Shown in pieces: positions 8,341 to 17,528 of a DNA stretch of 39,795 nt (the first letter of the stretch is position 1; every line of letters starts with the position of its first letter). The notes under the pieces were generated by a model. The model was not told the DNA's origin and made no database searches. It saw only the letters and a program-made list of their open reading frames with translations. The stretch covers positions 1 to 39,795 of the forward strand of contig WRNI01000001.1 in the NCBI GenBank assembly GCA_009776695.1, written 5' to 3'. This DNA comes from Methanomassiliicoccaceae archaeon. Its GTDB lineage: Archaea; Thermoplasmatota; Thermoplasmata; Methanomassiliicoccales; Methanomethylophilaceae. A program made the translations under genes and the position numbers.

Positions 8341-9315
8341 ATGCGATCGAAGCCGTTACATGAGGATACTATGAAAGCAATACTGGCAGGCACGTTCAAC
8401 GTGATACACGAAGGTCATAAAGCATTGATACAGAGGGCGTTCGAATTGTCCGATGACGTTACCATTGGACTAACGACAGATGCGATGGCATCATCCGGCA
8501 GGAAAAGGATAAATCCGTTCTATCTGAGAATGAAAGCTCTCATAATATTCCTGGACGGGATAAGAAAGCATGCCGACATCGTTCCCATATCGGACCAGTT
8601 CGGACCGGCGCTGACGATGGAACCGGGATATCTGGTCGTTTCCCGGGAGACGGAAGGGAACGCGCATCTGATCAACGAAAAGAGAGTTGCCGCCGGTCTC
8701 GGGCCGATGATCATATCCATGATAGAGATGGTCAGGGGCGAGAGCGGCGCCGAGATACATGCAAGCAAGATATTATCCGGCGAGTGCTCAAGGACGGGCG
8801 GAACGGACGTCACGGACATCGCCGTCGGTTCTCTGAATCCGGTGAAAGTGGAAGCTGTAAGAACAGTAATGGAAAGATTATTCGGCAGCGTTCGTATAAT
8901 ACCGGTGAGAGCGGAAAGCGGCGTTCCGGAACAGCCTTTCGGTGATGATACGTGCAAAGGCGCCGTGAACCGCGCCAAAGCCGCTCTGGGCGGACATTCA
9001 ATGGCCGTCGGTATCGAGGCCGGCGTTTTTGAGATGTACGGTCACCTCTACGATGTGCAGCACTGCGCCGTAATTGATAAAAAAGGCATCATAACGGTGG
9101 GCATGAGCTCGGGATTCAGATATCCGGATAAGGTAGCCGACCTTGTCCGCGGCGGAATGAAAGTGAGCGACGCGATGGCCGCCGTGTACGGATCGTCCAG
9201 AGGTGACAAAGAAGGTGCTGTAGGCACATTAAGCAAAGGTCTGCTCGATCGGAAAGCACTTACGGAACAAAGTATCACCGCCGCAATGATACCGAGGATA
9301 TGGGACGAACCCTGA
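8341..9315 (+). CDS. Fusion protein: archaeal-type phosphopantetheine adenylyltransferase (cytidylyltransferase fold) plus DUF84/YjjX-type non-canonical purine NTP phosphatase
   Basis: The N-terminal domain is MKAILAGTFNVIHEGHKALIQRAFELSDDVTIGLTTD (GTFxxxHxGH nucleotidyltransferase motif). From about aa 158 it reads IAVGSLNPVKVEAVRTVMERLFG...VPEQPFGDDTCKGAVNRAKAAL...GIEAGVFE...HCAVIDKKG...GAVGTLSKGLLDRKALTEQSI, the DUF84 pattern. The start may be the second ATG at 8371, which is preceded by GAGGA. Confidence 0.75.
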   Translation: MRSKPLHEDTMKAILAGTFNVIHEGHKALIQRAFELSDDVTIGLTTDAMASSGRKRINPFYLRMKALIIFLDGIRKHADIVPISDQFGPALTMEPGYLVVSRETEGNAHLINEKRVAAGLGPMIISMIEMVRGESGAEIHASKILSGECSRTGGTDVTDIAVGSLNPVKVEAVRTVMERLFGSVRIIPVRAESGVPEQPFGDDTCKGAVNRAKAALGGHSMAVGIEAGVFEMYGHLYDVQHCAVIDKKGIITVGMSSGFRYPDKVADLVRGGMKVSDAMAAVYGSSRGDKEGAVGTLSKGLLDRKALTEQSITAAMIPRIWDEP

Positions 9316-9393
9316 ATGTCCTCTGCAGGACGTTATGAAACTATTCTCCCATAACGTAATTACGGTCACATTCTCTGCTTCTGTGACAGAATA

Positions 9394-11049
9394 CTAGAAC
9401 AGCATCGTGGACACACCTTTCGCGATACCGCTGAGGTCCAGTTCGAAGAATATCACGGGATGGTCAACGTCGAAGTTCGCTATCACGGACGGTGACATCT
9501 CGCCGAAGTACCCCGCGCAAACGTTATCGATAACGATCTCCGCACCGCGGCCTTTGATGAAAGTGTCGTACGGGCATGGACGTAACGCATAAGATAAGCG
9601 CATCTCTCTCAGAACAGATTCGGCAACGGATTTCATTTCTGTGAATGATGTGCGCGAATGTGTGGCCACCGCGCACAGGCGGCGCTGCTTCTTCGCATCG
9701 ACGACGGCGTCGCCTATCTCGAATATGCGCTGCGGAAGGTCGCGGTGCTTGTTCTTCCGTATTATGCGCATCACGCTCGGAAGGAGCGATGACCGGAGGC
9801 ACGTGTGATCTTCGGTTATAGGATTCTTTATTTTGACAACGTTCTTTTGCGGCAATCCCGACGTTGCGAACTCGTCATCCTCCGAACTGAGCGTCAGCGT
9901 TGTCACCTCCGTATAGCCGAGGCCGATCATCACATCTCTCAATCGATCGGACATCATCGTGACATCGCTCTTTCTTCCGACCGTCTGCGCAAGGACGTGG
10001 TCCGATCCGAAGTTCTCAAATCCGTACCCTACGGCGACATCCTCGTATATGTCGACCGGGTGCATTATGTCAAGGCGCGTTGACGGAATAAGGACACTGA
10101 TGACGTTACCGCTGCTCACAGCGTCCATGCCCATCTTCCGGAGAGCTTTGACGATTCCGTCCGCTCCTATCCGAAGGCCTATGAACTTTTCGCATTCCTT
10201 TATGTCTATGTCCAGTCCGGACGGCGTCAGGTCGGGGGAATCGCATTTTATCGCGCCCGTCATCTTAACCGTGCCTATACGGCCGCCGCGCTCCGCCAGG
10301 GCGGTCACAAGGATATCGAGCGTCCCTTTCACCACTTTCATATCTGTTCCGGTGACGTCGATGAAGATGTTCTTCGTATCCGTTGTCACCGTGGTAAGCG
10401 TACCGTTTATTATGGGAGGGAATGAAAGTACGTCCCCGTTCGCATCAAGTATGACGGGATATCTTTTCTTTCCTTTCAGGATATGTGCGTAATCGACGCC
10501 CTTCTCATGCTTTTCAAGTATCTCGTCCAGATCCCATTTTTCCGTCTTCCCCAACGGAACGAATGATATCTCGCCCGGAAGAACCGCTTTGTATGTGAAC
10601 GGAGGAACAACTTTATCAAGATCATGGACGCCTATGGCGATCTTTGCTCTTTTTCTTCCGATCGTCAGATGCAGCTTCTCCTGCATGTCCATGAGCGACC
10701 TCAGAAGGCCGTCCGTTATCTTTATATCACGAATTGCGGCGCAGAGAACGTACGGTCTCACGTCACCGGCGCTCTTGTCAACCTTCATTTCAATGTCCGT
10801 GCGTTCGGTGCCGTACTTTTTCATTCCGGGAGCTATATCAAGGAATGGGCGCAGTGATCTCGCCAATCCTTCCGCGGAATAAAGGTCGGGACGGTCGGGG
10901 AAGAATTCCACTGACATTTCGTCAGCATCACCGTCGGTATCATGCATGTCCGCGCCCATCATGGGTATGCGCTCTATGAGAACGTCCCTTGGTATCTTCT
11001 TCCCGATGAGGGCGCAGAGGTCGCTGTGCTTGAAATTGATGACAGGCAT
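9394..11049 (-). CDS. pheT: Phenylalanine--tRNA ligase beta subunit (archaeal type)
   Basis: 551 aa. MPVINFKHSDLCALIGKKIPRDVLIERIPMMGADM...EFFPDRPDLYSAEGLARSLRPFL is the canonical archaeal PheT start, and the length is typical. The gene ends in TAG. Confidence 0.95.
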   Translation of the reverse strand: MPVINFKHSDLCALIGKKIPRDVLIERIPMMGADMHDTDGDADEMSVEFFPDRPDLYSAEGLARSLRPFLDIAPGMKKYGTERTDIEMKVDKSAGDVRPYVLCAAIRDIKITDGLLRSLMDMQEKLHLTIGRKRAKIAIGVHDLDKVVPPFTYKAVLPGEISFVPLGKTEKWDLDEILEKHEKGVDYAHILKGKKRYPVILDANGDVLSFPPIINGTLTTVTTDTKNIFIDVTGTDMKVVKGTLDILVTALAERGGRIGTVKMTGAIKCDSPDLTPSGLDIDIKECEKFIGLRIGADGIVKALRKMGMDAVSSGNVISVLIPSTRLDIMHPVDIYEDVAVGYGFENFGSDHVLAQTVGRKSDVTMMSDRLRDVMIGLGYTEVTTLTLSSEDDEFATSGLPQKNVVKIKNPITEDHTCLRSSLLPSVMRIIRKNKHRDLPQRIFEIGDAVVDAKKQRRLCAVATHSRTSFTEMKSVAESVLREMRLSYALRPCPYDTFIKGRGAEIVIDNVCAGYFGEMSPSVIANFDVDHPVIFFELDLSGIAKGVSTMLF

Positions 11050-11178
11050 ACAGGCTTGGAACGGAAGAACAGTATATAGTCGTTTTCGAACGCTAACGGC
11101 GGCGTCGCATCATATTGCTGATATGTGATGCACTATGCAAAGGTGTTGTTTATATTCTCATGACACGTACGGTGACAT

Positions 11179-11949
11179 ATGAGGATAGCTATCGCACAGG
11201 TAAGGGGCCAGATGGATGACCCTCCCGCGAACGCATCAAAGGCGAAGATGCTCATCAACAACACCGACGTCGATCTTCTGATATTCCCGGAGATGTTCGC
11301 CACCGGTTATGACAAGGGATGCGGACGTTTCGCTGACAACATGGACGCTGTGTTCAGGAACAAGGTGAACACGAACGTGAAGAACAGGAAGTGTCACGTA
11401 CTTTACGGGTCGCCGTTATTGAATGATGGTAAGATCTACAACTGCGCCGTACTGAGCGACGGCGAGAACGAACAGATGTACAGAAAGATACACCTTGATG
11501 CTGGCGCTGTGTTCAATGAGAAAGATGTGTTCGCATCAGGGAACGAACCGAAGATATTCAATTGCGGCGGTCTGAAGATAGGGGCGGCGATAGGTAACGA
11601 CGTGATGTTCGGCGAGTTATTCAGATGGTACGCCGCCAATGATGTTGACATCATCGTCTGCATATCCGCCGCCGCAGAGCAGGCGATGAGAAGATCCGCT
11701 AAAGTGCTGCAGGCAAGGTGCATTGAAAATTCTGTTGATATCGTCTTCGTGAACATGGTCGGCCCCGATCCGGGACATGTGATGGCCGGAGGGAGCATGT
11801 ACATATCATCAGAGGGTAACATCATTGAAAGCTGCACGGACAGCAGCGATGTGCGTATCGTAAAACTTGACGAAGAAAGGATAAAGGCATCAAAAGAGAA
11901 GAGAGCCTTCCTTAAAGAGATAAGAAAGGACATCGACTGGTCCGTCTAG
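11179..11949 (+). CDS. Carbon-nitrogen hydrolase (nitrilase superfamily) protein lacking the nucleophilic Cys
   Basis: 256 aa. The Glu motif LLIFPEMFATGY and the Lys motif YRKIHL are present. Where the family has G..ICYD..FPE, this protein reads KIGAAIGNDVMFGE, with Gly139 (GGT at 11593-11595) in the Cys position. Confidence 0.8.
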   Translation: MRIAIAQVRGQMDDPPANASKAKMLINNTDVDLLIFPEMFATGYDKGCGRFADNMDAVFRNKVNTNVKNRKCHVLYGSPLLNDGKIYNCAVLSDGENEQMYRKIHLDAGAVFNEKDVFASGNEPKIFNCGGLKIGAAIGNDVMFGELFRWYAANDVDIIVCISAAAEQAMRRSAKVLQARCIENSVDIVFVNMVGPDPGHVMAGGSMYISSEGNIIESCTDSSDVRIVKLDEERIKASKEKRAFLKEIRKDIDWSV

Positions 11950-13100
11950 CGGCCAAGCTCGCTGTGCGCCTTTCCCAATTGTCCTGATGCCTGTGCCGCC
12001 AATGTGGATAACTCGCCGGCAAGCACGGTGACGGCAACGATCTCCGCCAATTTCTTCGATCTTCCGGGACCGAGGCACCCTATCATGCTCAGCGCCTCGG
12101 ACTGGCAGGGAAGTCTCGTTCCGCCGCCTACTGTACCGACCTCAACGGCAGGCATCCTTACCGATATGTAAAGACCGTTGCCGGCAGATTCGCAAACGGT
12201 CATTGTCATGCTGGCCTCAACGACCTGCGCGGGATCCTGACCGGTCGCTATGTACAGCGCGGCGGCCATGTTCGCCGCGTGCGCATTATGCCCGAGCGAA
12301 CCGGCCATCGAACTTCCGATAAGGTTCTTGCGAATATTCGTTTCGATCACGGACGCAACGGAAGCGTGAAGCTTCTTTTCGATAATATCCGAAGGCACCG
12401 TAACTTCCGCGAGAACGGTCTTTCCGCGGCCTTCGATGGCGTTGATCCATGCCGGTTTCTTGTCGGTGCACATGTTGCCCGAGACGGAGACCAGCGATGC
12501 GCCTGTCTCCTTTTCGATAAGTCTGCAGACCGCTTCCGTTGCTATCGTCGCCATATTCATGCCCATGGCGTCCCCGGTATCGTACGCGAACCTCACAAAA
12601 AGGCTCCTTCCGTTGGGGAATGTTTCCGCTGATATCAGTTTGCCGTGGGAGGTCGTCCCTTTCACCTCGCCGTCCATTTTCTTCCTGTTCTTCGAGATCC
12701 ATTCGATGACCTCGGCCGCATGATCTATACCGTTCACGCGGAACACCGGCGCGCGTGTCATTGCGTCCCCGAATATCATCACGCGGGCGCCGCCGGATGA
12801 CGTTATCGCAGACATCCCTCTGGAAACGGATGCTACGAGAGCGCCCTCGGTGGTCGCCAAAGGCACCAGAAATTCACCTTTCGCGTGCTCCCCGTTTATT
12901 CTGACAGGGCCGGCGAATCCCAGCGGTACCTGGACCGCACCGATCATGTTCTCGATGTTCTTCTCCGCCGCTTTCGGATCGAAGGAATATTTCGAGATCT
13001 CTTCCAATTTAGTTCCGGTCAGGTCTTCCGCAGCTTTGCGCCGGTCATCGGCGTCGCTGCGCTCACGGCCCCTGTTCCTCAATCCGGTATCCTGAGACAT
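11946..13100 (-). CDS. hmgA: Hydroxymethylglutaryl-CoA reductase (class I, soluble archaeal form)
   Basis: 384 aa. It contains TTEGALVASVSRG, DAMGMNM, GNMCTDKKPA and a C-terminal catalytic-His region (GQLGKAHSELGR). It is the mevalonate pathway enzyme. Confidence 0.95.
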   Translation of the reverse strand: MSQDTGLRNRGRERSDADDRRKAAEDLTGTKLEEISKYSFDPKAAEKNIENMIGAVQVPLGFAGPVRINGEHAKGEFLVPLATTEGALVASVSRGMSAITSSGGARVMIFGDAMTRAPVFRVNGIDHAAEVIEWISKNRKKMDGEVKGTTSHGKLISAETFPNGRSLFVRFAYDTGDAMGMNMATIATEAVCRLIEKETGASLVSVSGNMCTDKKPAWINAIEGRGKTVLAEVTVPSDIIEKKLHASVASVIETNIRKNLIGSSMAGSLGHNAHAANMAAALYIATGQDPAQVVEASMTMTVCESAGNGLYISVRMPAVEVGTVGGGTRLPCQSEALSMIGCLGPGRSKKLAEIVAVTVLAGELSTLAAQASGQLGKAHSELGR

Positions 13101-13188
13101 CGGAACACAATCTTGCGGATGATAGATAAACTTCTCCCCTGCCGAAGGCTATATTTTAATTACTTTATCTGCATCGAACCTATGCTCG

Positions 13189-14307
13189 GTGATCTCCATA
13201 GACAATGATTACGACATGGACGGAAGCCTGCGGAAGGACCGCGCCATAATAAAGGCGGTGCCGTACATAGCATTGGCATCAGCGCTGGCGGGTCTTGTGC
13301 TTGCGTTCATGGCGGCCAAAGGCGAGATGGGCTCCCTTCTTTTGCGGTTCTGCTCTCCTTTCGTAGTGGGTTTCGCGGGTCTCGGCGTATACTCGTTCGT
13401 ACACCGAGATAAGGGCGCGCTTCAGGAGAGCACCACCGCATTGATCCTTTCGGCGGTGCCGCTGATAATTTCGCTGGGGATAATCTTCGCAACGTCGTAC
13501 ATAATGCCGGAGACCATTGATTTTCTGACCGATCTCACAGGATCGTGGGCGGCGAAGGAGGTCGCCGTTCTTCTTTCCATCTACTCGTTAACGATACTGA
13601 TGATGTTCACGTCGCACGGTGTCATATCCACGGTGGTCGCATATTTCAGAAGGTACACCGCGAGGATATATCTCAGCCTTGAGAAGATAAAGAATGATGA
13701 TACGGATACAAGAAGGAACAAGATAAGCAGATGGGTGTACGACGTGCCGGACATAATCGATGTTCAGCGCATCGAACTGGAGCCGGTGCAGAGCCACGGA
13801 AGGTTCCCGAGGAGGATAATGTTCTCCCTGGCGTTCAGTATATTTGCGTTAGGTCTTTCGATAAGCTCGTACATTTTTCTCAATCCGATATTCCAGAGCG
13901 CCCTGACCATAGGCGAGGCGGTCCTGATAACAATGATACTGACCTTCTTCATGCCTGTTCTTGTCATACCGTGGTTCATCACGAAGGACACCGGCGCCAA
14001 GATCAAAAGCCAGGCAAGGGATTACTATTTATGGAAGGGGATGAGAAAGCGCCTGTACCAGGGCTTTTTCACGGTGGTGGTGTTCCTTTCGCTTCTTGCA
14101 ATATCGCTGTACATGGGCTATGATATCGTCAGAACGTCGTACACATACGCGGGCTACGTTCTGATAACGGCGTTCCTTTCGCTGCTGTACGCGTTCATAT
14201 ACGCGAACTATTACCACAGAGGGTTCAAGAAGGGCATAATCCACGATTTCAACGAAGCAAAAATGACGATCGCCGCCGAAAAGGCGCCGGACGCGGACAC
14301 CGAATAA
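13189..14307 (+). CDS. Hypothetical polytopic membrane protein (about 8 TM in two halves separated by a charged loop)
   Basis: 372 aa ORF with a GTG start (alternative ATG at 13216). Hydrophobic segments are spread along its length, and I recognise no family motif. Confidence 0.6.
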   Translation: MISIDNDYDMDGSLRKDRAIIKAVPYIALASALAGLVLAFMAAKGEMGSLLLRFCSPFVVGFAGLGVYSFVHRDKGALQESTTALILSAVPLIISLGIIFATSYIMPETIDFLTDLTGSWAAKEVAVLLSIYSLTILMMFTSHGVISTVVAYFRRYTARIYLSLEKIKNDDTDTRRNKISRWVYDVPDIIDVQRIELEPVQSHGRFPRRIMFSLAFSIFALGLSISSYIFLNPIFQSALTIGEAVLITMILTFFMPVLVIPWFITKDTGAKIKSQARDYYLWKGMRKRLYQGFFTVVVFLSLLAISLYMGYDIVRTSYTYAGYVLITAFLSLLYAFIYANYYHRGFKKGIIHDFNEAKMTIAAEKAPDADTE

Positions 14308-14322
14308 AATATTATGTCATGA

Positions 14323-14961
14323 ATGCGATCGCCCTGCATGCCCGACCCGGCGTACGAAGCGATCACGAAAGCAAAGAATCAGGCGCGCAGCGGCAATCCG
14401 GAAGGCGCCGAGGTAACTCTTGAAGCATACTTAAGAACGGATCCGCACAACAACAAAGTAAGGATGGTTCTTGCCCAGATACTGTCCAACGACATCAAGG
14501 ACAGGAGAGGGGCGCTGATGCAGCTTGATATAATTCTTGATATCGATCCGGATGACCTTGACGCGAGAAGGGCGCTGGTGACGATCCTTAAAGTGGAGCC
14601 AAAGAACAGAAAGGAGGCGAACGGGCATTACGCGGAATTGGTGATGCGTTGCCCGAACGACGCCGATCTGATGAACAGTTACGCCATCTTCTTAAAGAAT
14701 CAGATGCTCGATTTCAAAGGTTCCGCCGAAATGTATGAGAAAGCACTCGCTGCCGATCCCGAAAGGTCGGACATACATTACAATTACGCTATACTTTTAG
14801 TGAAGGAGATCAAAGATTTCGTTTCCGCAAAACGGCATCTTGAGGAAGCGGTGCGCATAGATCCGAAGAACAAAGAAGCGGGAACGGCATTGGAACGCCT
14901 CATCAAAAAGAAATTCAGGGACGGCACTGAACGAAAAGGACTGTTCGGCCGAAGGAAATAA
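14323..14961 (+). CDS. TPR-repeat protein
   Basis: 212 aa with repeated ~34-aa A/L/Y-patterned units (EAYLRTDPHNNKVRMVLAQIL, ILDIDPDDLDARRALVTIL, YEKALAADPERSDIHYNYAILL, LEEAVRIDPKNKEA). It lies 15 nt downstream of the membrane protein gene. Confidence 0.7.
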   Translation: MRSPCMPDPAYEAITKAKNQARSGNPEGAEVTLEAYLRTDPHNNKVRMVLAQILSNDIKDRRGALMQLDIILDIDPDDLDARRALVTILKVEPKNRKEANGHYAELVMRCPNDADLMNSYAIFLKNQMLDFKGSAEMYEKALAADPERSDIHYNYAILLVKEIKDFVSAKRHLEEAVRIDPKNKEAGTALERLIKKKFRDGTERKGLFGRRK

Positions 14962-15031
14962 AGTGAGTATACTAATTATATTCAGAAAAGCAATTATACC
15001 TGTGCACGTTTCATTATAATCGGTGATAAGA

Positions 15032-15571
15032 ATGGACCTTAAAGGATCAAAGACGGAAGCCAATCTTGCAACAGCTTTCGCAGGGGAGAGCCAGGCAAGG
15101 AACAAATACACGTATTATGCGTCGCAGGCGAAGAAGGAAGGATTCGAGCAGATCGCTGATATTTTCCTTGAGAGCGCAGAAAATGAGAAAGAGCATGCAA
15201 AGATGTGGTTCAAGCTTCTGCACGGCGGAAGTGTCCCGAAAACGGCGGAGAACCTTAAGGACGCCGCGGGCGGGGAGAACTACGAGTGGACGGTAATGTA
15301 CGCCGATTTCGCAAAGGTCGCGAAAGAGGAGGGATTTGACGATATTGCGCAGCTCCTCGAAGGCGTGGCGGAAGTTGAAAAAGTACATGAGGCCAGATTC
15401 CTGAAGCTTCTGAAAAATCTGGAATCCGGCGCAGTGTACAAGAAGGGCGACACCGTGGTATGGAAATGCCGCAACTGCGGTCATATTCACATCGGAAAGA
15501 TGGCGCCCGAGAAATGCCCGGTATGCTCGCACGCGCAGGCGTACTTCGAGCTGAGAGCGGAAAACTATTGA
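15032..15571 (+). CDS. rbr: Rubrerythrin
   Basis: [30 protein letters not shown]...[10 protein letters not shown] forms the ferritin-like di-iron domain (two ExxH motifs). The C-terminal rubredoxin-like domain is CRNCGH...CPVCSH. I prefer the ATG at 15032 over the GTG at 15023 used by the track. Confidence 0.93.
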   Translation: MDLKGSKTEANLATAFAGESQARNKYTYYASQAKKEGFEQIADIFLESAENEKEHAKMWFKLLHGGSVPKTAENLKDAAGGENYEWTVMYADFAKVAKEEGFDDIAQLLEGVAEVEKVHEARFLKLLKNLESGAVYKKGDTVVWKCRNCGHIHIGKMAPEKCPVCSHAQAYFELRAENY

Positions 15572-15590
15572 GGTGCGTAAGCACCTTTTT
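15572..15590. terminator. GC hairpin plus T-run between convergent rbr and fttA
   Basis: GGTGC-GTAA-GCACC (15572-15585) is followed by TTTTT, then atcatcttttttt. It fills the 30-nt gap between two convergent stops and could act in both directions. Confidence 0.4.
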
Positions 15591-15601
15591 ATCATCTTTT
15601 T

Positions 15602-17506
15602 TTATTTCAGCCTTATCGTTTCAAGATTCAGCGGCGCTTTCGTCTCGATGTTGAAACGCTTGTATATCGATGACGCAAGATCGGTGCACTTGCGGTCCTC
15701 GCCGTGGCCTATTATTATCTTATCGGGCTTCGGATCGAGCGACGCGATGTAGTTCATCATCTGCTTGCGGTCCGAATGTCCAGAGAAGCCGTCAACCGTC
15801 TCGCGGTTTATCTTCACGTCCAGCGTGATAGGGTTGCCGCGCTCATGAAGTGTTATATCAGTGCGCCCTTTCTGTATCGTGCGGCCGACGCTTCCTTCCG
15901 ATTGATACCCGACGAATATCAGCCAATTATTGGCGTCATCGCACCATTCCTTGAAATATTCCATCACAGGCCCGCCGGACATCATGCCGCTTGTCGCCAG
16001 AACTATGCACGGATCGGGCGAATGACAGATCTCCTCTCTCATCGCCGCCGTCTCGACGCGTCTGAACACCGGCGATAGAAAAGGATTTTCATTCTGCTGG
16101 AATATCTGCGTCCTGAGCTGGCTGTTCAGATATTCCGGATAGGCGGTGTGTATCGCCGTCGCCTCCCATATCATCCCGTCAAGGTATACGGGAACGGTGG
16201 GCATGCGGTTCGTTCTCATCATTTCTTCGATGACCAGCATAACTTCCTGCGAACGTCCGACGGCGAACACGGGTATCAATGTTTTACCGTTATTCTCCGC
16301 CGCCTGCGCCAGTATCTTCGTCAGCTCGTTGGCGGCGTCCATCCTGCTCGGCTGTATGTCGCTGTGCCCTCCGTAAGTTGATTCGATGACCAGCGTCTCC
16401 AGTCTGGGGAATCTGTTGTTCGCCGCGTTGAACAGCCACGAGCGCTCGTACTTCGTATCGCCGGTGAACGCCACGTTATGCAATCCGTCGCCAATATGGA
16501 AGTGCGCTATCGCCGATCCGAGTATATGGCCGGCGTTCTGGAACGTTAATCTGACGTCAGGCGCGATGTCCGTCGTCTCATTATATCTCAGCGGTATCGT
16601 GTGCAGTATCTCCTGGCGCACATGCGACGCCTCATATGGTGCCTTCTTGGCTTCGCCGAACGCCAGCTTGATGTAATCGAGCTGAAGCATCGCCATGAGG
16701 TCACGGGTGGGCGCGGTGCAGTAAACGGGCCCCTCATACCCGTACTTGAAAAGTACCGGAAGGATGCCGCAGTGGTCCATGTGCGCATGAGTTATCACGA
16801 CAGCGTCAAGATCCTTGAGCGGCTGTATCTCGGGAACGCTGAAGTACGGCACCGAATCGCTGCTTGGGTCGATGCCACAGTCGATGAGCACCCTGCTTCC
16901 TCTCGTTTGCAGTAACGTTGCGCTCCTGCCCACCTGCCTGAAGCCTCCGAGCGCGGTCATCCTCACCCATTGGTCGGTGTCGATCACCGGGCGCGCGATC
17001 TTCCTGCCGACGCGCTTCAGCATGTCGCTGCGGTCATCTCTGTTCAGACGTAGATATCCTCTCACGTCCGACACCGTTTTCGAAGGTATCGGCGGTGCTC
17101 TGACCACTTTGACATTCCATCCGGTCTCTTTTTTCAGATCGTTCAGCAGTGAGCCCTGCCTTCCTATTACGACGCCCGGCGATAACGCCTCTATCGTTGC
17201 CTCGCCGGTCTCGAACTCAAAAAAGATGTCGGATATCTCCGCTTCCTCCGGGACCATCTTCCTTATCTTCTCTTCTACCTCATTGGAATCGGCGAGCATG
17301 GACGGGTCCGGCCTTATGGCAACTCTTTTTCTGAGCCCCTGCGCCAGCATTTTGACTATGTTCGCGTTGGACGAGAATTTTTCAAATTCTTTCGTATAAA
17401 TGACAACGAGCGGCCCCTCGAACTCTATCGACGATACCGTATGGTCAGCGGGTATTATCCTGCGGACCTCTTCCCTTATGTTATCGAATAATCTGTCGGC
17501 GTTCAT
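15602..17506 (-). CDS. fttA: aCPSF1/FttA: KH-domain beta-CASP metallo-beta-lactamase ribonuclease (archaeal transcription termination factor)
   Basis: 634 aa. It has N-terminal KH domains (IEFEGPLVVIYTKE, VIGRQGS), the MBL motif ITHAHMDHCG, and beta-CASP/C-terminal motifs (ESTYG, GFSGHSD). Length and architecture are canonical. Confidence 0.95.
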   Translation of the reverse strand: MNADRLFDNIREEVRRIIPADHTVSSIEFEGPLVVIYTKEFEKFSSNANIVKMLAQGLRKRVAIRPDPSMLADSNEVEEKIRKMVPEEAEISDIFFEFETGEATIEALSPGVVIGRQGSLLNDLKKETGWNVKVVRAPPIPSKTVSDVRGYLRLNRDDRSDMLKRVGRKIARPVIDTDQWVRMTALGGFRQVGRSATLLQTRGSRVLIDCGIDPSSDSVPYFSVPEIQPLKDLDAVVITHAHMDHCGILPVLFKYGYEGPVYCTAPTRDLMAMLQLDYIKLAFGEAKKAPYEASHVRQEILHTIPLRYNETTDIAPDVRLTFQNAGHILGSAIAHFHIGDGLHNVAFTGDTKYERSWLFNAANNRFPRLETLVIESTYGGHSDIQPSRMDAANELTKILAQAAENNGKTLIPVFAVGRSQEVMLVIEEMMRTNRMPTVPVYLDGMIWEATAIHTAYPEYLNSQLRTQIFQQNENPFLSPVFRRVETAAMREEICHSPDPCIVLATSGMMSGGPVMEYFKEWCDDANNWLIFVGYQSEGSVGRTIQKGRTDITLHERGNPITLDVKINRETVDGFSGHSDRKQMMNYIASLDPKPDKIIIGHGEDRKCTDLASSIYKRFNIETKAPLNLETIRLK

Positions 17507-17528
17507 GTGACCACTGCGGATAAGATGA

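Noticed and set aside
9394-13100. Possible pyrrolysine (TAG read-through) coding, considered because the lineage might be Methanomassiliicoccales-like
   Set aside because: TAG terminates pheT, hmgA and the CN-hydrolase at positions consistent with full-length proteins. No methylamine methyltransferase or pyl gene is present in the window.
15047-15595. 182-aa minus-strand ORF exactly mirroring the rubrerythrin gene
   Set aside because: Rubrerythrin motifs on the + strand are unambiguous (ExxH pairs, CxxC pairs). The mirror ORF is Arg/Leu-rich with no motifs.
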